Below are positions 37,589 to 45,861 of a stretch of 64,000 nt of DNA, piece by piece. Numbering within the stretch: the first letter of the stretch is position 1; every line of letters starts with the position of its first letter. The translations under genes were made by a program, and so were the position numbers. The notes under the pieces are model-generated. The model saw only the letters and a list, made by a program, of their open reading frames with translations. It was not told the origin of the DNA and made no database searches. Origin of the DNA: a virus; IMG/VR virus record IMGVR_UViG_3300040811_000439, positions 8,889 to 72,888 of that record; one strand, 5' to 3'.

Positions 37589-38631
37589 CTATTCTTTATT
37601 GCTTCGTAAATTAGTTTACCACTAAAGAAGTTATCTGTTAACTTCCTAGTTTGTGTTAGCATTGCATTACGATATTTTTCGTAATTAATCATGTAATCGT
37701 GGATTGTTTCAATAACACTAGATTTGTGTTCCTGATATTTATCCCAACTTTCTGTCCACTCACTAGGATACTTAAATTCATCGATAGCCATTTCACTGTA
37801 ACTTAGACGATCGGGAATCATTGGAATGGTATCAACTAGCAAACCTTCATACCAACTAATACCAAGTGTTTCTTGTAGATTAGCACTAAACACTAACTTG
37901 GCTGTACCTAGTGCATTATGGTAATCATTTTTAGTATAGCCCTGCTCCATACACACGATCCATTCATACTCTGGCATACTGTCTGCAAGGTCACGGAATA
38001 TCTCAGGCTGCTTTTCAGGTGCAATACGATGTGGGAAAAGAATAGTATTGGTCTTTTGCATATGTTTGTATGGAAGCATTTGATCCGCTTCATACTCCAT
38101 AGGCCAACCAACACGCTTTGTTTTTGCTAGATCAATCTTTAGACTTTCAGCAAACAGATCAATATGAAACTGTGATGCATAAAAGTTGTCATCAAAGCAT
38201 TCATACATGCTCTGCTCAGCATGTCTTACCCAAGGCTTATCTCCTATAAGACGCCCAAGGAAGTCAGCAGGATCATAACTGCCAGCATGCCATAAACCGC
38301 CAATACGAACGTCAACCCCCAGTAGTTCAGCCATATAGCGAAGTTGGATAACAGTAGGGTTCCAAGCATCTGTATAAAGGAAATAGTCGCCGTTATGCAC
38401 TTGCCCTCGGCAAAACATCTCAGCAATCTGTTCAAGTTGATTACTCTTATAAACATTTGTTCCACCAAAGTTTAGAAACGCACCTGGAGTAGTAGCCTGC
38501 GGCACATCCCCTCCGCTGATAACAACCACTTCGTCATTTGTAGCTCGACGTAGTTGTTTAGGAAGATGTTCCTTCCATTCGCTAGTATAACGTGTTTCAA
38601 CTGCTTCTAAGTCTACAATGTATACTGTCAT
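37585..38631 (-). CDS. GT-B glycosyltransferase resembling GTDC1/QTMAN (DUF3524-GT4 group)
   Basis: ILFPHRIAPEKQPEIF, FSANLQETLGISWYEG (Ex7E), PDRLSYSEM. Confidence 0.75.
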   Translation of the reverse strand: MTVYIVDLEAVETRYTSEWKEHLPKQLRRATNDEVVVISGGDVPQATTPGAFLNFGGTNVYKSNQLEQIAEMFCRGQVHNGDYFLYTDAWNPTVIQLRYMAELLGVDVRIGGLWHAGSYDPADFLGRLIGDKPWVRHAEQSMYECFDDNFYASQFHIDLFAESLKIDLAKTKRVGWPMEYEADQMLPYKHMQKTNTILFPHRIAPEKQPEIFRDLADSMPEYEWIVCMEQGYTKNDYHNALGTAKLVFSANLQETLGISWYEGLLVDTIPMIPDRLSYSEMAIDEFKYPSEWTESWDKYQEHKSSVIETIHDYMINYEKYRNAMLTQTRKLTDNFFSGKLIYEAIKNR

Positions 38632-38933
38632 AGGTCTCTACTTTCGTAGGTTTGTTTTAATGGTATTAACAGTTTATACTCTTCTTTTGCAAACTGCAAG
38701 TTAATAAGATAGGATTCAGTTCCATGCTTCCAGTCATGTCCAAATCCTTCCCACCACCAATCTTGATTATAAACAAGTCCGTGTTGTCCTAGTACATTTG
38801 AAATATGACAAAGAGCATCAACGGGTGTGTATCCAGCATTGAGAGCGCCGCCCTCCATTGGAAGATTGTTACGTCTGTCTGTCCAGCCGTTGTGTTTTAC
38901 ACACACCCGATGATTAAACTTTTGTTCATACAT
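38628..38933 (-). CDS. Hypothetical protein
   Basis: ORF coupled to neighbours. Confidence 0.6.
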   Translation of the reverse strand: MYEQKFNHRVCVKHNGWTDRRNNLPMEGGALNAGYTPVDALCHISNVLGQHGLVYNQDWWWEGFGHDWKHGTESYLINLQFAKEEYKLLIPLKQTYESRDL

Positions 38934-39148
38934 TATCTGTTAGGGCCAAAAATCCTTGCTCCTGTAAGTTTAGCATCGCGGATCCAATTGTTGCTGATTC
39001 GCTTGCCTCCCTTAAAGGCAGTGTACTCGTTGTACACTGGGCTCTTGTTGTTATATAGATCAGCCTCATTATAAGGATGACCAAATACAGTGCAGAAACG
39101 CTTGTAGTCGTCTAGGTCGTCAAATACCTTTTGCACTTCGTTTTTCAT
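38933..39148 (-). CDS. Hypothetical protein
   Basis: VFDDLDDYKRFC..FGHPYNEADLY; TAATG coupling. Confidence 0.7.
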   Translation of the reverse strand: MKNEVQKVFDDLDDYKRFCTVFGHPYNEADLYNNKSPVYNEYTAFKGGKRISNNWIRDAKLTGARIFGPNR

Positions 39149-39603
39149 TATACGTCCTTTGAATATTGTGTTATTGCGCCGTTTTCGCCGTCTTCGGATA
39201 CTTCAATCCAAACTTCACGACCAGGATAACGATCCTGAATGGTTACATATAGGTCATCTGAGATCATCTCACATGACTTAAAGTCTACGTTAAGTTCGCC
39301 TTCATAAAGTTTATTCATCCAACGTTTGAACTGGATAAATTCAATGTCACGATCATCATGGAATACTTCAATCCATACACGGAACTTGAAGATGTGACGA
39401 TGAGGATATTGCAAAAAACTTACATCATATTCATCGCCTGTTGCTAGTTTAGGATCATCAGCAGCCGCTGGATAGCGATGCATACCTTCCTTCTCAAACT
39501 TAACCCATACCATACGTGAAGCTTTGCGTACTCGATCCTTTAGACCTTCTTCACGCATACTACGTAGGATAAACTCGTCGTGACTCTCTCTTTTATCAGC
39601 CAT
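39148..39603 (-). CDS. QueD-paralogous T-fold protein, DpdL-like (putative CDG decarboxylase)
   Basis: LQYPHRHIF (LxxxHRHxF), SCEMI, EVSEDGENG. Confidence 0.7.
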   Translation of the reverse strand: MADKRESHDEFILRSMREEGLKDRVRKASRMVWVKFEKEGMHRYPAAADDPKLATGDEYDVSFLQYPHRHIFKFRVWIEVFHDDRDIEFIQFKRWMNKLYEGELNVDFKSCEMISDDLYVTIQDRYPGREVWIEVSEDGENGAITQYSKDV

Positions 39604-40246
39604 TTTCGTTTAATTCCCATACACAAGCGGCCATACCTTTTCCGTTTGTATCACCGCCACAGTTGTCGAGGTCCTGCTCACCATAAGACAGTAACTCAAT
39701 AAAGTCTTCACCATTAGGTGTTTCAGTTTGACACCACTTTAGTTTCATAAAGTCAAACTCTTCGTCATCGGGTAGCTCTAAAGTATAGTCTCCAAAGCAC
39801 CCTTTGTCAATACTAGCACCATAGAAAACATATTTAACCTCAGGATAATCCTTGGGAAAGTTTACCCATTCGTAAGTAATGTTATCTTCGATACCCTGTT
39901 CTTCATACTTGTTGAATAACTCGCTCCAGTCTGTTGGATCAAGGATATCTTTAACGTGCTTGCTATTATATTCAGCACCATCATACTCGTCAATAGTAAT
40001 ATATGCTGTATCTAATGCTGTTGCATTTAGATGCATAATATCTTCTTTTTCATAGTACTCACCGATCCAGCGAGGATCAGTATCGTCGAATATAGGATTG
40101 GCATCATCCTCTTCATATGGATCAATCATATGAGAGATAATATGTTCTTCTTCCATGTCCTTCCAGAAGTCGTACTGTTCCTTGGTAAGGCTACCGAAGC
40201 ACTGCTCACCGCCATACCCTTGGATTAAAATGCGATAGTATCTCAT
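39596..40246 (-). CDS. Hypothetical acidic protein
   Basis: GYGGE..DKG.F..DTNGKG. Confidence 0.7.
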   Translation of the reverse strand: MRYYRILIQGYGGEQCFGSLTKEQYDFWKDMEEEHIISHMIDPYEEDDANPIFDDTDPRWIGEYYEKEDIMHLNATALDTAYITIDEYDGAEYNSKHVKDILDPTDWSELFNKYEEQGIEDNITYEWVNFPKDYPEVKYVFYGASIDKGCFGDYTLELPDDEEFDFMKLKWCQTETPNGEDFIELLSYGEQDLDNCGGDTNGKGMAACVWELNENG

Positions 40247-40755
40247 TTTACAATCTCGTCGCCTTTATATTCATGCCATGGGGTAAATGACTCGTCTGTT
40301 TGTAGAGAGCCTAGTCTGTGTGTCCAAACTCCCTGATTACTGTGTCCCCAAGTTGTGTCGTCTAGTTTAATTGTAGCATGAGAATTAAACTTGTCAATGT
40401 GAGGCAGTCTAACACTAATCATACTAACAAAATTTGGAAAGTCGTCAAAGCCCTGCTCTAGAACTTCCTCTGCATAAAATACATCATAGTCAAGGATGCA
40501 TACATAGCCTTCTCGTAGTAGAGGTACAATCATTTCACTCCATGCATTCCAGTCATCGTCTGATTCTGGTGCAAAACTTTGACTTGTACCAAAGTATAAG
40601 TGCTTGGTTCCAGACTGTGCAGCAATATCTTTAATCTCATCGGGATGCTTAACGCCCACAATGAATAGATGCTTGATGCCTTTGAATGGTGTATTTTCAA
40701 CTTCTACACCAGTAAAAAAATCTGCGTCTAGTCTTTCTTGTGTGTCTATCGCCAT
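40243..40755 (-). CDS. Hypothetical protein in the deazaguanine cluster
   Basis: FTGVEVENTP, HLYFG..SF, IKLDD..SNQGVW. Confidence 0.75.
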   Translation of the reverse strand: MAIDTQERLDADFFTGVEVENTPFKGIKHLFIVGVKHPDEIKDIAAQSGTKHLYFGTSQSFAPESDDDWNAWSEMIVPLLREGYVCILDYDVFYAEEVLEQGFDDFPNFVSMISVRLPHIDKFNSHATIKLDDTTWGHSNQGVWTHRLGSLQTDESFTPWHEYKGDEIVK

Positions 40756-41654
40756 TCTATATATCCCCTTGAATATCCGTTAGGTCTATCAGCAGCATCA
40801 GCAAATGCCTGCTGCCATTCTGTATCTCTATTATACCCTTTAGTCCAAAATGTGTCAACTTCGAGCTCTTCCATTGAAATCATATCAACTGCTTCTTGCA
40901 TACACCTGTTGAAGTGTTCGTCTCTTGGACTTGGACAATGCATAGTGATGTTCTTCCATAATGCTTCAGAGAAGTCAATGGTACTTGGAATAATAGGGCT
41001 ACCTACAATAATTTTACCATTATCATTAGTAAGTCCTATTACAGTTTGCCAATCGACAGGCTTTAGTATTACAACATTATCGTAAGTATCTTCTACATCC
41101 TCAAGGTCTTCGTACGGTTCATAACCCCAAGTATCCAATAGTTCGATATTGCTATTACCTACTATATCTGGAAGTTCTCTAGTTTCGAACGTACCCATAA
41201 TGTTAAAGCCCTGTTGCTGTGTAAGCCATTGTGCAATAACTGTTGCTAAGAAACCCGTACCAATAATAAGTGTACTGCCTAGTCCAATCTTTCCACCAAT
41301 GTTAAGTGCACAACCAACAGGCTCTACAATGTATTTAGGATCTGCTTCTGGAACCTGTACAAAATGATCTACATTGTACTCATCTGCATATGCAGGTTCT
41401 CCTCGAGTAGCAACATAATCTCCTACTTGAATATCTAAGACATTGTTACCTACTGCAACAACTTGTCCAAGTCCTTCATGTCCACTCATATCTTCAGGGA
41501 GTAAAGGAAAGTGCCCTAACATCATATCAATATCGCTACGACACACACCAGTCATAATACTACGAACACGGATCTGATTAGGTGCCATGTTTTGTACTAC
41601 GTAGTTTTTCTCTAGGAATGTACCGTTGCCTTCAGTATAAAGCAAACGTGTCAT
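40746..41654 (-). CDS. Zn-dependent (MDR) dehydrogenase
   Basis: GVCRSD, GHEGLGQV..VG..V..GDYV, EPVGC, IGTGFL. Confidence 0.88.
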   Translation of the reverse strand: MTRLLYTEGNGTFLEKNYVVQNMAPNQIRVRSIMTGVCRSDIDMMLGHFPLLPEDMSGHEGLGQVVAVGNNVLDIQVGDYVATRGEPAYADEYNVDHFVQVPEADPKYIVEPVGCALNIGGKIGLGSTLIIGTGFLATVIAQWLTQQQGFNIMGTFETRELPDIVGNSNIELLDTWGYEPYEDLEDVEDTYDNVVILKPVDWQTVIGLTNDNGKIIVGSPIIPSTIDFSEALWKNITMHCPSPRDEHFNRCMQEAVDMISMEELEVDTFWTKGYNRDTEWQQAFADAADRPNGYSRGYIEWR

Positions 41655-41655
41655 T

Positions 41656-42528
41656 TTATAGTGACTCTATCTGTTGATGAATCCAAAGGTCATATTGGTA
41701 CTGCATGTCCCAATATTCAGTATTATATATGTTTTTGTAAGAGCGGTCAACCATTTCTCGGTATGCAGATTCTGGACAAAGACCTAGTTGCTCTGTGTGG
41801 AATATTTGTTCGTTGTATATAAATTCGATATTTACACGGTCGCCGCCAGGATACTTCCAACAGGTTTGTATCTCAAATACAGTTGGGCCATGGTAGGTCA
41901 CCTCTGCCCAATCATCTACATTATAAACACCATTAGGATTGACTGTGCCGTACTCAGTGTTCTGCACTAGATCTAATGTGTAGTTTTGTTTTGAAAGATG
42001 AACAGGCCTTGAATAAGCTCTGTAGTTAGGCTCTAGTACTTGGAACCAACTAAGCATATGCGGTAACAAATCTCTGCTTACGCCGCCATATGCTAGTTGC
42101 TTGTTTGTAAACCAGTGCCCTGGGTGTGGCACTCTATTGTGCTGTAGCCAATTCAGTCTAACAGTGTCAGCGTTAACTGCTAGGGCTTTAAGTTCATTTA
42201 CATTAGACCTAAACTGATTGTTTTTGACCATTGTGATGCGTGTGTTTGGAAAATCACTTACAAGATTCTGCCATGCTTCACTGTCAGCAACGCCTGGCTT
42301 TTCAACAAACACAATACTGCTTTTTGCTGCACACTGTCTAGCAACTTCTTCGTGTGTGAAATTAGGTGTGCACACATGAGCAATATCATAAGTACCTGTT
42401 ACACTAGAAACATCTGTAGCATCTGCAGGCTTAATTTTATCAACAGTCGTAATGTCCCAACCTAGTGATTGGTACACACTGCGATATAGTTCGCCTATAC
42501 CTAAACCTACAATTAGTGCTGTTGGCAT
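41656..42528 (-). CDS. Gfo/Idh/MocA family oxidoreductase
   Basis: GLGIG, CTPNFTH, VEKP, GGVSRDLLPH. Confidence 0.88.
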   Translation of the reverse strand: MPTALIVGLGIGELYRSVYQSLGWDITTVDKIKPADATDVSSVTGTYDIAHVCTPNFTHEEVARQCAAKSSIVFVEKPGVADSEAWQNLVSDFPNTRITMVKNNQFRSNVNELKALAVNADTVRLNWLQHNRVPHPGHWFTNKQLAYGGVSRDLLPHMLSWFQVLEPNYRAYSRPVHLSKQNYTLDLVQNTEYGTVNPNGVYNVDDWAEVTYHGPTVFEIQTCWKYPGGDRVNIEFIYNEQIFHTEQLGLCPESAYREMVDRSYKNIYNTEYWDMQYQYDLWIHQQIESL

Positions 42529-43997
42529 TATGCTTCTGAAAATAGATTGTTAAACTGTGTGGATGCATTTACTGACTTTTTGCCAGTATAGCCTCTTGTA
42601 CCAATTACACGCATCCATAAGCGTGAATGATCGTCAATCATCTGTAACTGCTTGTCTCTGTCGTCAATCTCAAAGATACGTGCAATCACATCTTTTACTT
42701 CTGTACGATCAAAGCGATCATCAACTAGCATGGTTGGATAGTCGCCATTATCATACGCACGATTTGCTTCTTGTACGCTGCGAATATGTGTATAAACATT
42801 GTGATTCATCATCAGTGCATATGCAAAACTATCCCAACTTGTAGCAGTACTAACACCCATGCGATTTACATCTGTTGGGCTATAAATTGTAATGTCATTT
42901 AACTTTAACAAATTGGTTATCGGACTGGGCATCCAGTTATTATACATTGCGTCGCAAAAGTCATCGTAAGGAGTAGTATTTGCATTCCACGCTTTATCGT
43001 CTGGAGCATCTTCCATTACATAACTCCATTTGGTGTCGTTGTCCAAACGATAACCTGTATACTGTTGTCCATTTGCTGTACACAAGAACGGACTTGCACA
43101 ATCAAATGTAACTGTAAAGTTTTCGTTATGCTGTTTGCGTACACCGCGTTGAATCGCAGTGAGCACCATTGCCCATTCTAATTTACTTGTACCCAAGAAG
43201 TGCATTAAATCATGTTTACCTTTTTCAAGTAACCCATCATGCATAAGTGTAACAACACGGCGTAAAGTTAGATGAACATCACACATATTCTGTCCACCCA
43301 TTGCCCAACCGTTAAAGTGTGCATCTGGGTATACCTTAGGATCGCAAAACTCTTTTACTTGGTCGTACCAGTCATCTGCTTGACTAAAGTTTTCGCCTTG
43401 TAGTACATTTAAAAACTTACAGTTGCCATTTCGATTGTTAATAAAGTATTCGTTGTTATGCTTTGTTCCGTCTACACTTTCTTGATAACTGGTGATCTTA
43501 GTTACTGCTGCACTGTGCTTTTCTCTAGCAATCCATGTTGGAATATCTAGTACCATTCCATAGTCCATGAAAGCGTCCATCCATTTTAGAACACCATCAC
43601 GCTTTTTGTGTGCTTGTGGACAACCACTACCTGCACGCCAATCGCCTTCCCACTTGCCTTTACCAATCTGGAAACCACCACTATCGCCCAGTAGCCAACT
43701 TGTTTCTCTGTTACGATCACGGTACATGTCCTCACGGAACATATCTTTTTGTAGATCTAAACTAGCGTGTCCTGCACTGTGCAAACTCCACTTATATTTC
43801 CATAAACCTTCTGGTGCTAGCCAGTTGATACTTTCTACACCGTGCTTTAGTCCACTAGGCACCCGATTCAAAGGAATGTAAGGATCATTATCAATAAGTC
43901 CTCTGCGCTGTCTGCCTACAAACAGAGCATAGAATGTGCTTAGTGCTGGCAGGAATCTTGCATAGTCAGACTGTTGTGCAGTTAGGTTAGTTTCCAT
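42528..43997 (-). CDS. tRNA-guanine transglycosylase-like protein (DpdA-type DNA transglycosylase candidate)
   Basis: GDSGGFQ, LDIP, NVLQG, GWAMGG, HFLG, FDCASP, HN; lacks the bacterial TGT CxCxxC Zn site. Confidence 0.8.
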   Translation of the reverse strand: METNLTAQQSDYARFLPALSTFYALFVGRQRRGLIDNDPYIPLNRVPSGLKHGVESINWLAPEGLWKYKWSLHSAGHASLDLQKDMFREDMYRDRNRETSWLLGDSGGFQIGKGKWEGDWRAGSGCPQAHKKRDGVLKWMDAFMDYGMVLDIPTWIAREKHSAAVTKITSYQESVDGTKHNNEYFINNRNGNCKFLNVLQGENFSQADDWYDQVKEFCDPKVYPDAHFNGWAMGGQNMCDVHLTLRRVVTLMHDGLLEKGKHDLMHFLGTSKLEWAMVLTAIQRGVRKQHNENFTVTFDCASPFLCTANGQQYTGYRLDNDTKWSYVMEDAPDDKAWNANTTPYDDFCDAMYNNWMPSPITNLLKLNDITIYSPTDVNRMGVSTATSWDSFAYALMMNHNVYTHIRSVQEANRAYDNGDYPTMLVDDRFDRTEVKDVIARIFEIDDRDKQLQMIDDHSRLWMRVIGTRGYTGKKSVNASTQFNNLFSEA

Positions 43998-44119
43998 AGG
44001 ATATTCTTTTTGCTTTGTTAATTACGTCTAAATCACTTGAATAAAACTGTTCTATACTATTTAGAAAGTCTAAGTTTGTGCGTAATATTTCTTTTAGTTT
44101 ACTGTTTATACAAAGTGCA

Positions 44120-44851
44120 TTACTTGGTTTGTGCAGGAAGTAGATAGTTGTAAACACCAAGTCCGCTGTCAACGCTGATCTGACTAACACCGTCATCTGA
44201 GATTGAATACTTTAGGTCACCACTTAGGCCTAGGATCTTACTAACCTGTTCTACTGGCCAAGCCCAACCCTTGCTTACACTGCCAACAACATCTGGCTGG
44301 AACACAAATTCGCCTGCGTGTGTGCTTGCATCACCAAATGCAAACTTTAGATCATTGCCTTCTGTGCGAGCAATAAAAGTCTTCTCTTCACTGTTGGCTG
44401 AGATCATCATCTTAAGACGCTGTACACTAGCAACTGTAGGCTCAAACTCTACACCCCAATTTACATTCTTCATGGTAACACTCTTGAGCTTGTCATTGAC
44501 AACTTCACTGCTCATAAAGCGATAGTCATTCTTGAAGTCGCCGCTTGCGTTCTCAAAATGAATACCAACTGGTACTGTCTCGCCATTACGCTCTTGTGTA
44601 TTGATTGAGATCTTTTCGTTCTCTGCATACTCTGGAATACGTAGAATAACGCTTAGTGTTGCGAGATTAGGCATACCAAATGTGCCCATGAACTCTGGCA
44701 CAGGCTTGTGGAATTTGCCCTTAAGAATTACAGAACGGTCTTCTGCAATGCCTTCGATAGTTGTAGTACTGTCATCTCCTGTAATCTTTACAAGTTCAAT
44801 GAATCCCAAGTTGTGCGTATGCTGCACAACATCAAGTAGATAATCTTTCAT
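44120..44851 (-). CDS. Probable DNA polymerase sliding clamp (gp45/PCNA-like)
   Basis: 243 aa, alternating alpha/beta pattern, ends YLLPA, next to polB. Confidence 0.65.
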   Translation of the reverse strand: MKDYLLDVVQHTHNLGFIELVKITGDDSTTTIEGIAEDRSVILKGKFHKPVPEFMGTFGMPNLATLSVILRIPEYAENEKISINTQERNGETVPVGIHFENASGDFKNDYRFMSSEVVNDKLKSVTMKNVNWGVEFEPTVASVQRLKMMISANSEEKTFIARTEGNDLKFAFGDASTHAGEFVFQPDVVGSVSKGWAWPVEQVSKILGLSGDLKYSISDDGVSQISVDSGLGVYNYLLPAQTK

Positions 44852-44881
44852 AGATTGTTCCTTATGTTATGTTGATAGTTA

Positions 44882-44910
44882 AGTATATGATTATTTAGAT
44901 TGTGAGTCAA
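44882..44910 (-). promoter_or_regulatory. Sigma70 promoter with TAAATA in the spacer (clamp-TGT operon)
   Basis: TTGACT-17 nt-TATACT. Confidence 0.7.
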
Positions 44911-45829
44911 TAACTTTTACAATTTCAATGCTAGGTGTTGCTTGTTTTTGGCTTTTAAACTCGCCAGGCTTTTTAACAATCATTACGTTCCAAACACCGT
45001 CGTCAAATGCCTTGTTATCGACCTTATCAAACCCTATTCCATACATCATACCTGTAATAATAGACTCTGTTTGATAGGCTCTAAATCCATTACAAAATTC
45101 TAGACTAGGTCTGTATTCGCAGTTGTTGTAAGTAAAGTAAAATATTCCACCTGGTTGCATTTTTTCAAATAATATACTAGCCTCATCTTTAATAGGATCA
45201 ATAGGCATACATTCGTACTTGCCAAAACAATATGCAACCCCTATACTAGCGTCTGGCAAGTCTTGTATTGCTCTATACCTACGTAACCTTCTACTAGCAA
45301 AAAAATCATTGAACTCTTTACTTACTATATCTTGAAGTTGTTTATCTGCAATAATATAGGTTGGATCGTTACTGACAATTTCTCGTGTAAACTTAGGATC
45401 CGTTGGATATAAATCTACACCAGCGTACTGCCAATTACTAGTACTGTTCTTTAAGCCAAAGATATATGCATTCAGTTTTTCGCTAAAACTTTTACGCAGT
45501 GCAATACGCTCTTCTATAGTAGCACTGAACGATTCATAGTTCTTGTAATCTTCCTGTATTAGCTTTACTTCATTATGACGTAGACGCTTTTGAATGTAGT
45601 CTTTTAGTTCAGCTAGATTGGAGTGGTAAGTTTCTAAACTATTAGAAAGTTCTTGTATACTTCCTATTAGATTGTCATGATGTTTCTTTTCTTTGAATAG
45701 CCTTTTGTCGTGTTCTACTGTACTAGTACGTAAGTCAAGATCGTTAGTAAGCTCCAAGTCAAACTCATTGAGCTTTCTCAACATGAGATCGAGTCTACCA
45801 AAACTGTCTAGTAACCTTGGACTAACCAT
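44891..45829 (-). CDS. Coiled-coil plus degenerate class I SAM-methyltransferase-like protein
   Basis: LPDASIG, MQPGGIFYFTYN; TATAAATA at 45846-45853 upstream. Confidence 0.5.
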   Translation of the reverse strand: MVSPRLLDSFGRLDLMLRKLNEFDLELTNDLDLRTSTVEHDKRLFKEKKHHDNLIGSIQELSNSLETYHSNLAELKDYIQKRLRHNEVKLIQEDYKNYESFSATIEERIALRKSFSEKLNAYIFGLKNSTSNWQYAGVDLYPTDPKFTREIVSNDPTYIIADKQLQDIVSKEFNDFFASRRLRRYRAIQDLPDASIGVAYCFGKYECMPIDPIKDEASILFEKMQPGGIFYFTYNNCEYRPSLEFCNGFRAYQTESIITGMMYGIGFDKVDNKAFDDGVWNVMIVKKPGEFKSQKQATPSIEIVKVIDSQSK

Positions 45830-45861
45830 CGAACACCTTCCTAGGTATTTATATACCCATA

